DNA of 64,000 nucleotides, from the NCBI GenBank assembly GCA_977018835.1, contig OZ361258.1, forward strand, positions 1,550,001-1,614,000, in the 5' to 3' direction. The translations under genes and the position numbers were made by a program. Below the pieces are notes generated by a model. The model had not been told where the DNA came from. It did no database searches and saw only the letters and a list, made by a program, of their open reading frames with translations. This document shows, piece after piece, positions 33,800 to 46,079 of this stretch. The DNA comes from Minutocellus sp. GHC0000111 (Eukaryota). Within the stretch, counting starts at the first letter, position 1, and every line of letters begins with the position of its first letter.

Positions 33800-34113
33800 G
33801 GTTGCTTGTGGAGAGTTGGTTGAAGTCAGGTCTGAAGGGTGGAACCGCGATTGCGATTGACGAAGTGAGCCGCGGTGCTGGCATGACGTGCTGTCGGAGC
33901 GGAAAAAAAAAATTTATCTTGTCCATTTTGATCATCATCCAAGGTTTTCGAGGTTTCTCCGACGACGACGACGACGAGAGGTGACTGAAAACTGCAAAAT
34001 GATGGAAACGAAGCGGCGATGGCATGGTACCAAAGCCGCTTGCTACGTTGTATCAAAACTCCGCCAGAAATACAAGACATCCAGAACACGACGAAAAGTA
34101 AGCAACCAACCAG

Positions 34114-35461
34114 ATGAAGTCCAATCTGCGCGAAAAGTACTCTGGCTGGGGGCGAGGCGGCGAGAAATGTGAGCCCGCGGAATTCCAAGGCCGATCGAAT
34201 CGACGGGATGATTACATCACTGATAATTCCCTCCTTGAGCGTTATGGATCTGAGTACTCCCGTCGCGGCAAACCTCAAGGCATTCTTCATCCTTCGAGAC
34301 CGGGCCCATCGGTGGTGAGACCATCCGCTGACCTCCGTGTTCGTTTTGTCAGTCCTCGTCAGCAGCGGATCGAGGAGGAGATTGCCTACCATTCGTTCGA
34401 GCTGAATAATTTGGCGAAGGAATTGGACACGGCGAACAATGTGCACTGTGGAGACACGGGCTATAACCGGGGTGACGGTCACCATCATCATGGTCACAAA
34501 TTTCACGGATATTCCGATCATCAGTATGCCGGAGGGGAAGATTCCAGCACGCTACTTTCTCACGATGCATTTAGCATAGAAGCATCGATTGATTATGTAG
34601 TTCATTACCCGAGAGGACAACGGAGAAGCACCGCCAGATCGCCTTCTCCATTGACCAATGCCCCATCTGTCGGCGAAGCAGCCGGAGAGTCAGAAACAGA
34701 GGCTGATAATTATACCTCTGATGATGACGACTCAACGAGGCATGAGCGGCAACGCCAATCTAAAAAGGGCAAGTCCGTCCGATTCAAGAACCGCAACTAC
34801 GAAAGTGGTCATATTGCTGGAAAGGTAAGTAACACTGATAAGTCTCGATGGATTTCTTCCACGCCCGTAGGCCTTTTGCTTGTGGTGAACTGACGTATTT
34901 TCCTCTACTCTACGCTCTTTTCTGGGGAAGATTGAGTCAGCAGCTGTTGAGCATGCCAAAGAGCTGAATGAATTGGCCAAGAGACTTTCGTTGTGCGCCT
35001 TGGTAGTATCCTCGTCGGACGATGATAGCGAAGAGGACAGCTCGGATGAAGATGCCGTTAGTGTCAAGAAACGGCCATCCAAGTCGAAGCGGAAGAGTAG
35101 ATCCCACAAGAATGAGAAGAAAAGATCTAATCGCCACAAAGAATACGAGGAGGAGAGTTCTCTCGGAAGTATAAAACTTGCCACCCGAAAAAGGTTCGGG
35201 CCAAGTCGATGGGAAGACCTTAACCTTCTCGAGGTCGTTCACGGACTCCACGTGACCACTATCAGAGCAGACCGCATCACAAATTTGAGGGAAGGCAGGA
35301 GCAAAACCAACGCCGCCACAGCTGGCGCCAAGGAGGATACGAAGACAGGGAAGGAAATCCAGACCAGTATGGACATCAAAGCAGTAATGGGCGCCATCGG
35401 CTTTGGAGAGCAGCACCTGGTACTAGTACCGGTACTACCGGCGACTACAGGGCGACGATGA
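34114..35461 (+). CDS. Arg/Ser-rich low-complexity protein, internally deleted/fused allele (copy 1)
   Basis: ORF 34114-34824, intron 34825-34930 (gtaagt...aag), in-frame continuation; the deletion junction reads SIDYV|VHYPRG in frame. 3' structure uncertain, possibly frameshifted. Confidence 0.5.
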
Positions 35462-35991
35462 AAAATCTGAGGGGGGGGCGCCAATAACATCCGTAGGGCT
35501 ATGCCAAACCCTCGATGCTTTGACGATGGCATGCTCCACTGTGCCGCCGACAATATGTCAACGACGGGCCAGTCCGTACACGGTCGAAGCCTTGGCCGAT
35601 ATGGAAGGAGGGAGGAGATCTTCCCTCGGCCTGATGCTCCTATCGTCAAACAAGTGCGGCTTCCGGTGAGTTCAGGCAATACTCTAAGGCTTCGACACCG
35701 ATCTATCATACTTGAAATCACTAAATGATGCAACAAAAGCGTGCCCTCTTTCTCATAGCATGGAGCATGGAATCAAAGCAGATTATTTAAAAAATAAAAC
35801 AAATTTATGTAATTACTGTTTCGTACAAGAATCCATCGGTAATCGTTGGTCCCTTGCACCGTATATTTCCCATTGAATTTAAAAGATGACACGAATGTAC
35901 CGGTGTGCTTGCTTCTTGATTGGCACAATCACAGCCTCTCTTTCATTTGAACGATGACTGAGGCCTGAACTGAGAGAAGAGGAGCAAACAA

Positions 35992-36777
35992 ATGAGTTGC
36001 TACATGTACTGGTCCGAAAGAGTTTTTAAACAACCTTGGAATCATCACCACCGGCGGCATCGGCATTGTCGCCCGATGGAGCGGCACCAGCCGGCTGCTG
36101 AGCCTGCTGCATCTGAGCGAAGAAGGCGGGATTCATCGCCATCATTTGCTGCATCTGCTGCATCTGGAACATGGCAATCTGCTGCTGCTGTTAGTGGTCA
36201 GACCCTTACTGAGTATGAGGAGGTGCTTGTCTGTCTGATGCGTTCCCACCGGGCATATGATGTCAAGACACTGGGATCTATTTGGGGGCGAACATCAGAG
36301 GGATGGGCGACTCGGATATTTCAGAAGTGGATGCCGAAACTTGGAAGGATTGGTCTCTTTATGTCTATTTTGGATCGGGACTTTATGCTGGATTATGTTT
36401 CTGTAGAAGTTGCGAGGGAAAAGAATTTGCCACACTCTCAAATATCAGTGCCTGATGGAGAAATCAAAAACTATGCCGAGAAATCCTTGCCGAAGGAGTA
36501 TGAGGAGAAAGGAGAAAAATATCAACGAGTTGGAGCGATTGTTGATGGCAACGTGTTTATGACCGACAATATCAACGTCAACAGCGCCTTGAACAGACTC
36601 ATGTACAGTGATAAAACGGATAATAGTGGCGGCCTTGTCATGACTTGGTCTTAGCCGATGGGCCTCGTATTTGAACACACCGGCCTGTACTTTGCTCGAT
36701 GTCCGGAGACACGGCTCATTGAGCTTTGGGCAACGGAAGATCCCGAGAACATGAAGCTTGCTGTAGATCCGTACTAG
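35992..36777 (+). pseudogene. PIF/Harbinger/ISL2EU-like transposase remnant (copy 1)
   Basis: Same sequence as 54428-55213; in-frame TAG at 36652-36654. Confidence 0.7.
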
Positions 36778-36952
36778 CTCGCTACAAAGGCTGACAATTA
36801 TTTTTTGAGACTGCGTTTTATTCGTGCATGTAAAATCACACAAGCACAAATCACACTAATACTGTGTGTGCATCTACTTCTAATACATGTAAATGCGTTT
36901 ATTTTGCGCTAGCTAGCACTGTCCTCATTGGCTTCAGTGCCTGCTCGGCGCT

Positions 36953-37508
36953 TCAGCTCGGCCTCCTCGGCGTTCTTCCTCGATTTTGCCCGTGCTGCTC
37001 TCTCCTTTTCTCTCTTCTTGATGTTATCTGATTTAGTTTTGGCATAGTCAGAAAAGTACTTGACACATCGACCGATCCTCCATCCTTTGGCATAATTTTC
37101 CAGACTGGATGGTATTCAAACATGTTTATTGTATGCTCTGCCTCCTTTGCATAACCGACGGCGGGCTGTAATCCATCCTCCTCTCCATGGGCTTTCGGCG
37201 GCCATTTGTTGTTCTTTTCAATATCTTTGAGATACTCTTTCTTGTTGCCACTCGACACATATCCATCCATAGTCTCCTTGAATTTGAGACGATAAGGCTT
37301 CACGATATAGTCACATCCACGAAAGGCAGGGATCGCACTTCTATGCCCCTTCCAACGTCCTGCACCGGCACTCTCGCGCTCCTCGATTTCATCAGCCATC
37401 AGCAAACACAAGTCGCCAGAGCTAAAGTTGTAGTTGGTAATCTAGGCCGGACTGCCGAGAGCATATGTGTCACCATCTTCTGAGAGCGTGTAGTCCACAT
37501 GCCCTTGC
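36953..37508 (-). pseudogene. 5'-truncated XPG/FEN1/Exo1-like nuclease fragment cut by the duplication breakpoint
   Basis: Matches 55389-55944; keeps SEDGD and GCDY motifs but lacks the N-terminal half. Confidence 0.8.
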
Positions 37509-40500
37509 CAGGTGCTTGAGTTCACTAATCTCGTCAGCATATCCAGCAGTGACCTTTTCGCTTCGTTTAATCAGATTCTCGGCTTCAGTTTGCTCCGACA
37601 TGGACCATGTGACGCGCTTGCCATTTTGCTGCTTTTGCTTTTGAGGCAAAGATTCGATCTTGATTCCAGCTCTATGCAACTGCTGTCGGATATTGGCAAA
37701 CTCGCTTCTCAGCAGTTCCGTTGCTTCTACATTATTCGCCAGACGCTTCTCTAAATCCAATCTCGCAAGATTCATCTGCGCATGTTCTTGTCGGACATTT
37801 CGGCCATCGGCCTGTTCTCTTTGAAGAGCCTCGCGCGCTGTCACGAGTTCGGCCTCCGCATCCAAACGAGCCAATTCTGATTTATGTAAACGTCCTTCAA
37901 GCTCTTGCTTGATCTCGTCGACCTCATCGGCGGTGATTGTACCTTCGATTCTGTCGATCTCAACTGAAGCCAGAATCTCCTCCAGACCGTCCAATTCATC
38001 CTGCAAAATGTCATTGGCGCCATCCGCCCTACGCAAATCATCGCCCTTGTCATCGTGGCGTCGTAACAAGGCAACTTGGCGTTTCAGAACGGTAATTGCT
38101 TCTCGCAGCGTGGATTCTAACTCCGTCTTCTCCGAAAGCTTCATTTCCAATTCTGTCAGCTGCTGGCCTTGGTCGGCGAGTCGAGATTTCAACGAGGCAA
38201 CCTGTGTTTTCAGCGAAACATTCATCACACTAAGGGACGAGTCCGTCGTCGCATAAACGGCAATGGAGATTTGCCTTTTCATTCGTTCGTTCTCTTCTTG
38301 TAGTTCTCGCACGAGTTTCTCGCTGGCGGTCCATTCACTCTCGTACTTCTCTTTTGCTCCGAGTAAAATTTCCTGCGCCTTAGCCATTTGCACTTTTAGA
38401 GTCGAAAGTTCTTCCTCCAGCGCCTCCTCTCTCGGGCTTGATTTCATTGAAGTGGCGGCTGAATTCTTCGAGGCCACCTTCGCTTCTTTCTCCGTCTCCG
38501 CCAGAATCTGCTGCAGGGCCTCAATCTCGCTCCTCAAAAAGGCGTCTTGGTCGACGGATACGTCGATTTCCCTTTCTATGAGTTTTTTCGTCAATCTCAA
38601 CTCCTCGTTTTCATCTTGGAGAGATTCAATTTGGCACTTTGCTTCGTTCAGACCATTTTCTGCCACATCAAGGAGTGCCAAATATCGATCATTCTCAGCT
38701 GCAAGACGCCGAATTTCTTCGTTGTTACGGTTCAGTTCTTCTTCGAAATCACCATGAATAGCATCGATTTCATCCATATCGACCGGAAATGACTGTGGTC
38801 CAATGCTTCTGTTTAGAGATTCATTCTCTTCGCACCGAGCGCGTAATCCCTTCTCAATCTCTCTGGCCTTGGCGAGCTCGCCCTCGGCCTTTTCCCGGCC
38901 ATCGCGCTCAAATTTGAGATCGTTTCTAGTGTCAGCCAATTCTTCAACAGAATTTCGAAGCTTGGATTCGTATTCTGATATCTGAAGCTTGAGGTCAATA
39001 ACCTCGGTTCGGTGTTGTAGATTATCCACCATATTGTCAGCGGCAGAAAGACCGGGACGCAACTTGGCAGCGGCCGAATGCGCCATTTCCGTCTGCTTCC
39101 GTTGAGGATATGTGTAACCCGTTGAGACGCTGCCGCTTTCATCGTCTTCGTCGCCTACATCACCGGCGTCGTCGCTGAACAAGCCACGGCCGTCGCGGGA
39201 AGTTGTGCCATTTGCTCTTGCAGTTCGGGCCAAAGTCAACGCTGCCTCCAGTCGACGGATTTCCTCCTCTTGGCGCTTCTGGCGGGATGCATTGCGATCG
39301 TGCAACTGATTTTGCCGCTGACGGTACGATTCATGCCGCTGGATCTCATCGTCCTTTTCGGCAACCTCAGATCTGAGCATCTCCATTTCGGCCATGAGCC
39401 TTTCAATCTGCCCTTGCTGCACAAGTTTTGTGCCCTGCTCTTCATCTTTCCGAGCGGATATTCCCTGTTGCTTGCGAAGATGCATTACTTCCTCTAGCAA
39501 TCCATCTCGATCGGAACGAATCTCAGCCAGCTCTAACTGTAGCTTGTCAATCATATCGTCCTGCAGTGCCAGCTCACCCACGGTCCGTTTCAATTGCGAT
39601 ACTGGCACCATCTTCTTGGTAACATCCTCATGGGCACTGCCCTGGCCGTCAACGTTGGTACTGGGATCGCTGCCTGAACTCATGATGGATCTACTGATTT
39701 CATCACCCTGAAAGAGTGAAAGGCGCAAATCGAGCATATCATCATTATTTTCCACCGTATTGCCACCATCGTCGTCTGCTGCGGCACCGGAGGACGTCAT
39801 AGCGTTTTGGACATCGTTATCGTCATCCAGAATGCTATTGCTATTGTTCTTGTCGTCGTAGCCATAGCCTCTCGTGTTATCATTCGAGGGATGAAATTCA
39901 TCTCTGTTGCCGATGCCGTTGCTGACTACGTATTCCTCTTGGCCACTACCGATACCCGAGCTGTCCTCATCTTCGTCCTCGTAGGATGCAAACTGAATCC
40001 CCGAAAATCCGACTGCAGCAGCAGCGCTCCTGCCCTTCATCTTGGCGTCGGGCGACGCCACGCCCCGGGGCGACGTCGCCGTCGCGGTCATCATCGTGGT
40101 CTTCGTCGTGGTCTTCGTCGTAGTCGTCGTCATCATCCAGTTGCGCTCCCCCTTGAGCCGCTCCTCCCTCTCCCTCCGCTCGATGCTGGCGTTGACGTCG
40201 GCGTCGGCGTCGACGTACTTGCCATCCCCATCGCCGTCACCTGCACCCCTGTGTGGGATATTAGTATTACTGTTGTTGTTATGTTTGCTCACGGTAGCAC
40301 TAGCAACCCTCCCACGTCGGACCGGCGTGGACAGGCCCGTCGTCGTGATGGGTCCGGGAGCACCGCTTTCGCTGGTACAACTTGGACTGTCCGTGCCGCT
40401 GGTAGCACTGGCACTACCGGTAGTGCCATGTGTATCTTCGTCGTCGTCGTCGTCGTCGTCCGACAGCAGCGACCGCGAGTTGGCACTGAGGCTGTTGCTC

Positions 40501-41138
40501 GGACTATCCCGATTTTGTTGGCCTCCGACATGTGTCCTGGCTGCATGTGTCCTGGCAGCATCTGGTGCAGACCTCCTCCTTTTCCCAGGACTGCTGCTGC
40601 CCCGTTGCATCTGCATCCGTTCCCTAATGCCGTTTCCTCTGCTACTACTAGTAGGTCCACTAAGCCTACTAGGCCCACTTTTGCCCGCGGATGAGGCACT
40701 ACCACCGTAACTTCCGGCTCCATCAGCACTGACAGTACTGCCATTGTTCTTGTTGTTCAGTATTTCTCTCCGGACGAACCCAACGCTGTCCTTGACACAC
40801 CCGACGGCGGGAACGACGCACCCGTTCCTAATGCGCCAGACCGAGGCCGAATTGGCCTCGATCTCGATCCGATCCCGGACCTTGTCGGGCAGGCCTGGGG
40901 GCAGGGGCAGACTCGTGCAGGCAGCGGGAGATTTGTCATTACGAGCAGCAGTGGAGGCGGCGGCAGTGCCAGCGGCAGCGGCAGCAGAAGACGAGGAGGA
41001 CGAGCCATACATGTTCTGGGCCCGACGGTGCCGCCTCCGATCGTGCATTCGGTTGGCCCCCTCTTTCGCTTCGGCGCCGACGCCGGTGCTGCCGGTGCCG
41101 GTGCCGGTACCGGCAGCGTGGTGGTGATGAGGCGGCAT
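37470..41138 (-). CDS. Coiled-coil protein, copy 2, C-terminally truncated with a new 14-aa tail
   Basis: Near-identical to 19714-23601 up to ...EISELK, then HLARACGLHALRRW* read out of frame from the junction and nuclease sequence. Confidence 0.75.
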   Translation of the reverse strand: MPPHHHHAAGTGTGTGSTGVGAEAKEGANRMHDRRRHRRAQNMYGSSSSSSAAAAAGTAAASTAARNDKSPAACTSLPLPPGLPDKVRDRIEIEANSASVWRIRNGCVVPAVGCVKDSVGFVRREILNNKNNGSTVSADGAGSYGGSASSAGKSGPSRLSGPTSSSRGNGIRERMQMQRGSSSPGKRRRSAPDAARTHAARTHVGGQQNRDSPSNSLSANSRSLLSDDDDDDDEDTHGTTGSASATSGTDSPSCTSESGAPGPITTTGLSTPVRRGRVASATVSKHNNNSNTNIPHRGAGDGDGDGKYVDADADVNASIERREREERLKGERNWMMTTTTTKTTTKTTMMTATATSPRGVASPDAKMKGRSAAAAVGFSGIQFASYEDEDEDSSGIGSGQEEYVVSNGIGNRDEFHPSNDNTRGYGYDDKNNSNSILDDDNDVQNAMTSSGAAADDDGGNTVENNDDMLDLRLSLFQGDEISRSIMSSGSDPSTNVDGQGSAHEDVTKKMVPVSQLKRTVGELALQDDMIDKLQLELAEIRSDRDGLLEEVMHLRKQQGISARKDEEQGTKLVQQGQIERLMAEMEMLRSEVAEKDDEIQRHESYRQRQNQLHDRNASRQKRQEEEIRRLEAALTLARTARANGTTSRDGRGLFSDDAGDVGDEDDESGSVSTGYTYPQRKQTEMAHSAAAKLRPGLSAADNMVDNLQHRTEVIDLKLQISEYESKLRNSVEELADTRNDLKFERDGREKAEGELAKAREIEKGLRARCEENESLNRSIGPQSFPVDMDEIDAIHGDFEEELNRNNEEIRRLAAENDRYLALLDVAENGLNEAKCQIESLQDENEELRLTKKLIEREIDVSVDQDAFLRSEIEALQQILAETEKEAKVASKNSAATSMKSSPREEALEEELSTLKVQMAKAQEILLGAKEKYESEWTASEKLVRELQEENERMKRQISIAVYATTDSSLSVMNVSLKTQVASLKSRLADQGQQLTELEMKLSEKTELESTLREAITVLKRQVALLRRHDDKGDDLRRADGANDILQDELDGLEEILASVEIDRIEGTITADEVDEIKQELEGRLHKSELARLDAEAELVTAREALQREQADGRNVRQEHAQMNLARLDLEKRLANNVEATELLRSEFANIRQQLHRAGIKIESLPQKQKQQNGKRVTWSMSEQTEAENLIKRSEKVTAGYADEISELKHLARACGLHALRRW

Positions 41139-42042
41139 CGCCGGCGTGGCTGCCTACACGTACCTGCCGGAGAGGCGAGCGAGGCAGCGCGCGCTGCTGT
41201 TGTAGATAGATAGATGTTGCAATGTGCCACGGCTCAAAAGACGCGGCCGGCGTGAATGACGGCACACTCTTCGGTGGCCCGCGAGCTCTCCTTCAGTGCC
41301 CGAATCAGCAGCTCAGCAGCAGCGCAGGTCGCGCCTTGCCCGCCATCATGGCGCATGGCATGGCGCACTTGCTCGCCGTCACGCGACCAGATAGGAATCC
41401 TAGCTAGGCCTAGCTAGCTAGTACTAGCTACGTAGCTACGTAGTAGCTACGTAGAGCCGACGAGCAAAGTTCAAATTTTTCAGCAGTCCGACTGAGCCCA
41501 AAAAGAAAGTTATGACATCATATAGATAACTTTTTTCCAAGCGTCGAACGAGTCAAAAAGGGGGCATAAAAGAGGCACTGCTACAGGCGCACGTGCATGG
41601 AGGCTGGCACATGCATGGCGGGCGGTCATTTCCGCCATGCCGTCTCGGCGTGTATGGTGACGAACGCGCGCCACCGAGCACCGGTACAACATAACACCAA
41701 AGGCAGCAAAGAGTTATCGCATCCCACCGGTTTCCGTTCGAGTTGCTGATCCTTGGCGCTGATCTGCACTTGTCCCTGACTAAAATCGAGTCGAGTCCTC
41801 GTCGAGTCGGCCGGGGGTGGGGCCATTGGCCATTGTGGCCAAACACCACGGGAGGCGGCCGAGGTCTGTAGGATAGGAATTCACTTTTTCTTCGGAGAGA
41901 CAGTCGTAGTCTTCGGGATCAGTTGTGATAATCACATATCTTACTTGCTTGTCGCTTAAAGAGCATAGAAGACTCTAAGTCAGTAGGCTCTATCTAGCTC
42001 GCTAGTAGGGCGAATTCGATTGCCAAGCAAGCAGGAGCAAGC

Positions 42043-44326
42043 ATGAACCATCCGGAACTCAACGCCGCCGAGGCCGACGTGATCGAGCTGTACGGGAGGG
42101 TTCAGCCGGACCCAACGCTACCGCAACATGCGACGACGGCATCAACAAAAGAAGAACCCGTCAAGCAGCCCGCCGATGTCGTCAAAAAGCCCAGCATTTT
42201 CGATCACGTGGACCACAGCACCGAAGAAGAGATCCGGCCGTTCAGCAAGGACTATATTGGGGTTTTGGCTAACTATTTGTCTGTCGGTTTGATGCTTGGG
42301 GGAAGCACATCAATCCTCTATCCGATATTAGTAGTGAGGGAAGGAGTAACTCCATCTCTCATGACAGCAAGTACTTCACTTGTAACGGTGTTCTGGTCCT
42401 ATAAAATACTGTTTGGATTCCTGTCGGACTGCTTCCCACTTTTTGGATTGAAACGCAAGCCATACATTTGTTTGGGATGGACCTTATGTGCGTTCTTCCT
42501 GCTAGCGCTGGCCCGGGAAGGCCACGAGGTATTGCCCCACACGTTGGTTTTGTATCTGACTCTGGCCAACTGCGGATATGTCATGGCGGACGTCAGTGCT
42601 GACGGGTGAGTACCTTTTTGCTCTTGTTGAGTTACGAGAAGTCGAGTCTGGGCATAGATCGGATTTTTTCCTAAAAAGAAAGCTGCACTAGTTCATAGAT
42701 CGGATTTTTCCTAAAAAGAATGCTACACTAGTTTTGGTTTGCTCATTCTTATCTTGCCTGCTTCTCACTTCCAGGTTTATGGTTTGGATCGCACATCGTG
42801 AGCCCATAAATCAGAGAGGACGGATGCAAACGTAAGTAGTATGGTCCACTATCATTATCAGTACCAAGCATCGTCGCATGATGTTTTTTGCTGACGAGAT
42901 CGTACCTCTCTTACTCAAATAATTTACAGGCTCATATACGCAACGAACACATTGGGACAAATTTTGATCAACATACTGATATTGCTCGGCTTCTCGGGGC
43001 CTCAAACCAATTGTCCGGGATATGAGCCTGATCCCACCATCCCTTGTACTCAAGATCCACGTATCGTGAGTCGAAATGATTTGTCAGCCTCTGTTCCCGA
43101 CGAGTGGTGCCATCTCAAATGCCACAACGCAACGTTTGCATGGGATTTATCGATACCCGCATTTGCACTGATCATTGCGGCGGTGAACCTTGCTAGTATT
43201 CCCCTCTACGTCATTCTCAAGGAGGAGAGAACACCGCCAGAGGCAGTCAAGAAATTCCTCAAGTCGTTCTGGGAACAAATCAAACGACGGGCCATGTGGC
43301 AGATCCTCCTCTATTCCATGGTATCGCACATTACCTTTGGGGTAGAGAATGCAGCCAAAACATCTGCCAACTATGTCCTGTTGGACCTTCACACTTCGCA
43401 ATATCAAATCATGATTCTAATGGAGAAGTGCATCTTCTTCGTTGGTCTTACTTACATCCGCAAATATGCTCTTCATCTGTCATGGCGCAAGATGATGATT
43501 GCGGGTTCAACCCTGGTCACAATTTTCAACGCATTGTACTTCCTCATCATCTTTGACGTGTTGCGAAATCCAGCCTTTTACATTTTTTCGGACGTGAGCG
43601 GTAAATTTATCTTTACACTGAACTTCCTCGCGTCTTTGTTCTGCATGGTTGAAATTGCCGAGCCAGGATATGAAGCAATCACCTACAGTCTCATCACAAC
43701 GGCGGGCAATGCGGTCAGTCCACTTTCTTCAGTTATTTCGTATCAATTCCTCGCGTTCTTCCCTGAGCTGGCGACGCAAGAGTCCATTGCCACCGATACG
43801 CCTCAAGTACGACATGAGTTGGGCGTCCTTCACGCCATTACCATCGTCATTAACTTGACTTCCCTTTTCTCATTACCGCTGCTTCCGCGGCAGAAGAAAG
43901 AAACACGGGAACTCGTGGCTTCGGGCGAAAAGAGCAAATTCTGGGGAGCTTTCGCTTTGTTGTCAGGCCTTACATTTCTCATCTACTCAACCATCGTTAC
44001 CTTTGTGACGGTTGCACTGCATGATGTGTGAGTTCTTTCATGTGTCTCCTGTTGTGATCGTTGAGATAGATCATCACGATATATGCTCATATATACATGC
44101 TCAATATTTTCTACCTCTATCCTTTTCACCACTTTCCCTGTCTTCCCTTAGTTATGGATGTTTTAAAATCTTTGGCGGCACTGGATGTTCCGCAGATGAG
44201 AGTCCTGTACCCGCCCGATTCCTTGTGGTTGTCGCTCTTCTTTACTGCTACGTTGTCAACTTTTACCTCTCCTACTTACCGATACTTCGAGGTAAGAAGA
44301 GGAGTTTTAGGGATCTATTCTTATAG
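42043..44326 (+). CDS. BT1/folate-biopterin-like MFS transporter (copy 2)
   Basis: Duplicate of 24506-26789; one synonymous difference seen (43446). Confidence 0.88.
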
Positions 44327-44392
44327 CTAGTTCGTATTAGCAAATGTGTGCAGCCGCTACCAGTAGTTAAAGTCTGTATAAAAAGGTCGACT

Positions 44393-45772
44393 CTAATAGG
44401 ATGGGAAACATCGCTCGATCCGTCCCCAAGTTCTATTTGTAGAGATGCTGCGAGCGAGTTCTTTCACTGCCTTTTTTTCTGTTCTCGTAAAGTAATCTCT
44501 GTAGGTCTTGCCGCTTTCAAACAATTCCGGCTCATTTTTCATACGCTCAATATTCAAAAAGGTCATGAGCTCAGCCACGGTCTCGTTGAAGTTTGAGAAA
44601 TAATCCTCGTAATGCAAAATCAGCGTCGGCAGCATTAAATTGGCCTGCGTGCGTTCTGCGTAGTGATGCCAGAGCAAATATCGGATAAAGTCTGCATGAC
44701 AGGGGATCTTTTTGAGCAATACCTTCCGCTTGATAAATGCAGTCAAAGTCGATTCTTCTTCCACAAAACTTGCATCGATATGATTGCACCATTCTCGGAA
44801 CCCTTCCTTGGTGTAATCAAAGTGCATCAAATCTTTGCTGTCCCCATTGCTCTTATTGTTGCGCCGACTATCCAATTCCTTGGCCTTGAGATGAAATCTG
44901 GAAACGTTATCAAATGGATTTCGCAACAGATGCACTGCCCTCTCCACCAATGCTGATCCGTCATACTGAACTACCACAAATCTCTTTTCATCTTTATCTG
45001 ACTTCGCTTCATTGTCAAAGCGGCATCTCGCGCTCATCTTTCCCGTGCTACATGCTTCGGCAAAGCTCTGGGCCGTCTCAAAGTACAGGGAGGGACCACA
45101 CCCATTGCAGTAGCCTCCACAGTGTGTCTTTGTGAGAAGATATTCTCCATCGCCACTCCCGCCAAGATGATCATAAGTATTGGACTGCCAAAATGGACCA
45201 GTGGTATTCAAGTTAGAAGCAATTGGGCGGCTACATCCATATGCATCACGCGTTGAGGCGCCGTAGTTGGTTGCGGTGGAGGCATTGGTTATTGTGCGGA
45301 TGAGTTTTGAAGTATAGCTCGTGCCAGAGTTGGGAAACGACATGAGCCAGGCCAGTTTCGGCTTTGAGGGTTTGGGCTTGCGAATTGCTGACGACTCCGC
45401 TTTTGTTGGACTGCGCTTCGCCTTTTCTGGCACTGTAATCGGCTCGGATTTGCCCTTGGTATCTTTATTTACAGTTGGCGAGGGATGAAAAGAACCGCTT
45501 TCTTTCTTTTTCACCGGCACTGTTTTCGAGGAAGACGCGTGGTTATCGCCTCCACGTTCATTCTTCTGCCGTGATGAAGTTCGATGCTTCTCAACGGACG
45601 GAGGAACCTCTCTCCTGCTGCTGCTGCCGGCATTCGAAGCTCGACCAGCACCAGCACCCAAGAAGTCGAATGCGGCGAAAATACTCGTTACGCGGCCAAT
45701 GGTTGTTATTGCGATAATAAAGAGGAGGAGGATCAGCAGCAGAGCAGCCGCTCGTGATGGACGGCTCGCCAT
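44393..45772 (-). CDS. Sulfotransferase-like protein (copy 2)
   Basis: Duplicate of 26856-28235; Y>C near the C-terminus (44409). Confidence 0.82.
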   Translation of the reverse strand: MASRPSRAAALLLILLLFIIAITTIGRVTSIFAAFDFLGAGAGRASNAGSSSRREVPPSVEKHRTSSRQKNERGGDNHASSSKTVPVKKKESGSFHPSPTVNKDTKGKSEPITVPEKAKRSPTKAESSAIRKPKPSKPKLAWLMSFPNSGTSYTSKLIRTITNASTATNYGASTRDAYGCSRPIASNLNTTGPFWQSNTYDHLGGSGDGEYLLTKTHCGGYCNGCGPSLYFETAQSFAEACSTGKMSARCRFDNEAKSDKDEKRFVVVQYDGSALVERAVHLLRNPFDNVSRFHLKAKELDSRRNNKSNGDSKDLMHFDYTKEGFREWCNHIDASFVEEESTLTAFIKRKVLLKKIPCHADFIRYLLWHHYAERTQANLMLPTLILHYEDYFSNFNETVAELMTFLNIERMKNEPELFESGKTYRDYFTRTEKKAVKELARSISTNRTWGRIERCFPSY

Positions 45773-46079
45773 TGCATGGTCTATTTATTTCTCCTCCATG
45801 GTTCTTCCCGCGAGGAATGATGGCAAGAGGCCGGGCCGGGAAAATGAGCGCGCCGGCACAGCTTTCGGCACGAGCCTGCCGAGCCTTGGCGGTTGCAAAG
45901 AAATGACGACAGTCCGCGTCAGACTGACTTCTTTCCGCCATGAGCATGAGGCCAAAATGCCATACGCATGGCCACCATCGCCACCACCTGAGTTACGGCT
46001 GTAGTTCGTGCGATTGGCTTGATTTGGCAGGTTCGATTTCACTGGATACTTCTTGGCGAGCGAGACGATACCACCAAAC

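Larger units (their letters stand above)
19976..37508 (+). repeat. Tandem segmental duplication, copy 1 (17,533 bp; lacks 899 bp present in copy 2)
   Basis: Matches 37513-55944 at offset +17537 before the indel and +18436 after it; the ORF track repeats almost identically. Confidence 0.98.

Noticed and set aside
37490..37520. Duplication caused by transposition at the end of the PHIS-like element
   Set aside because: The breakpoint is inside the nuclease ORF, about 870 bp from the candidate terminus, with no TIR or TSD at the junction.
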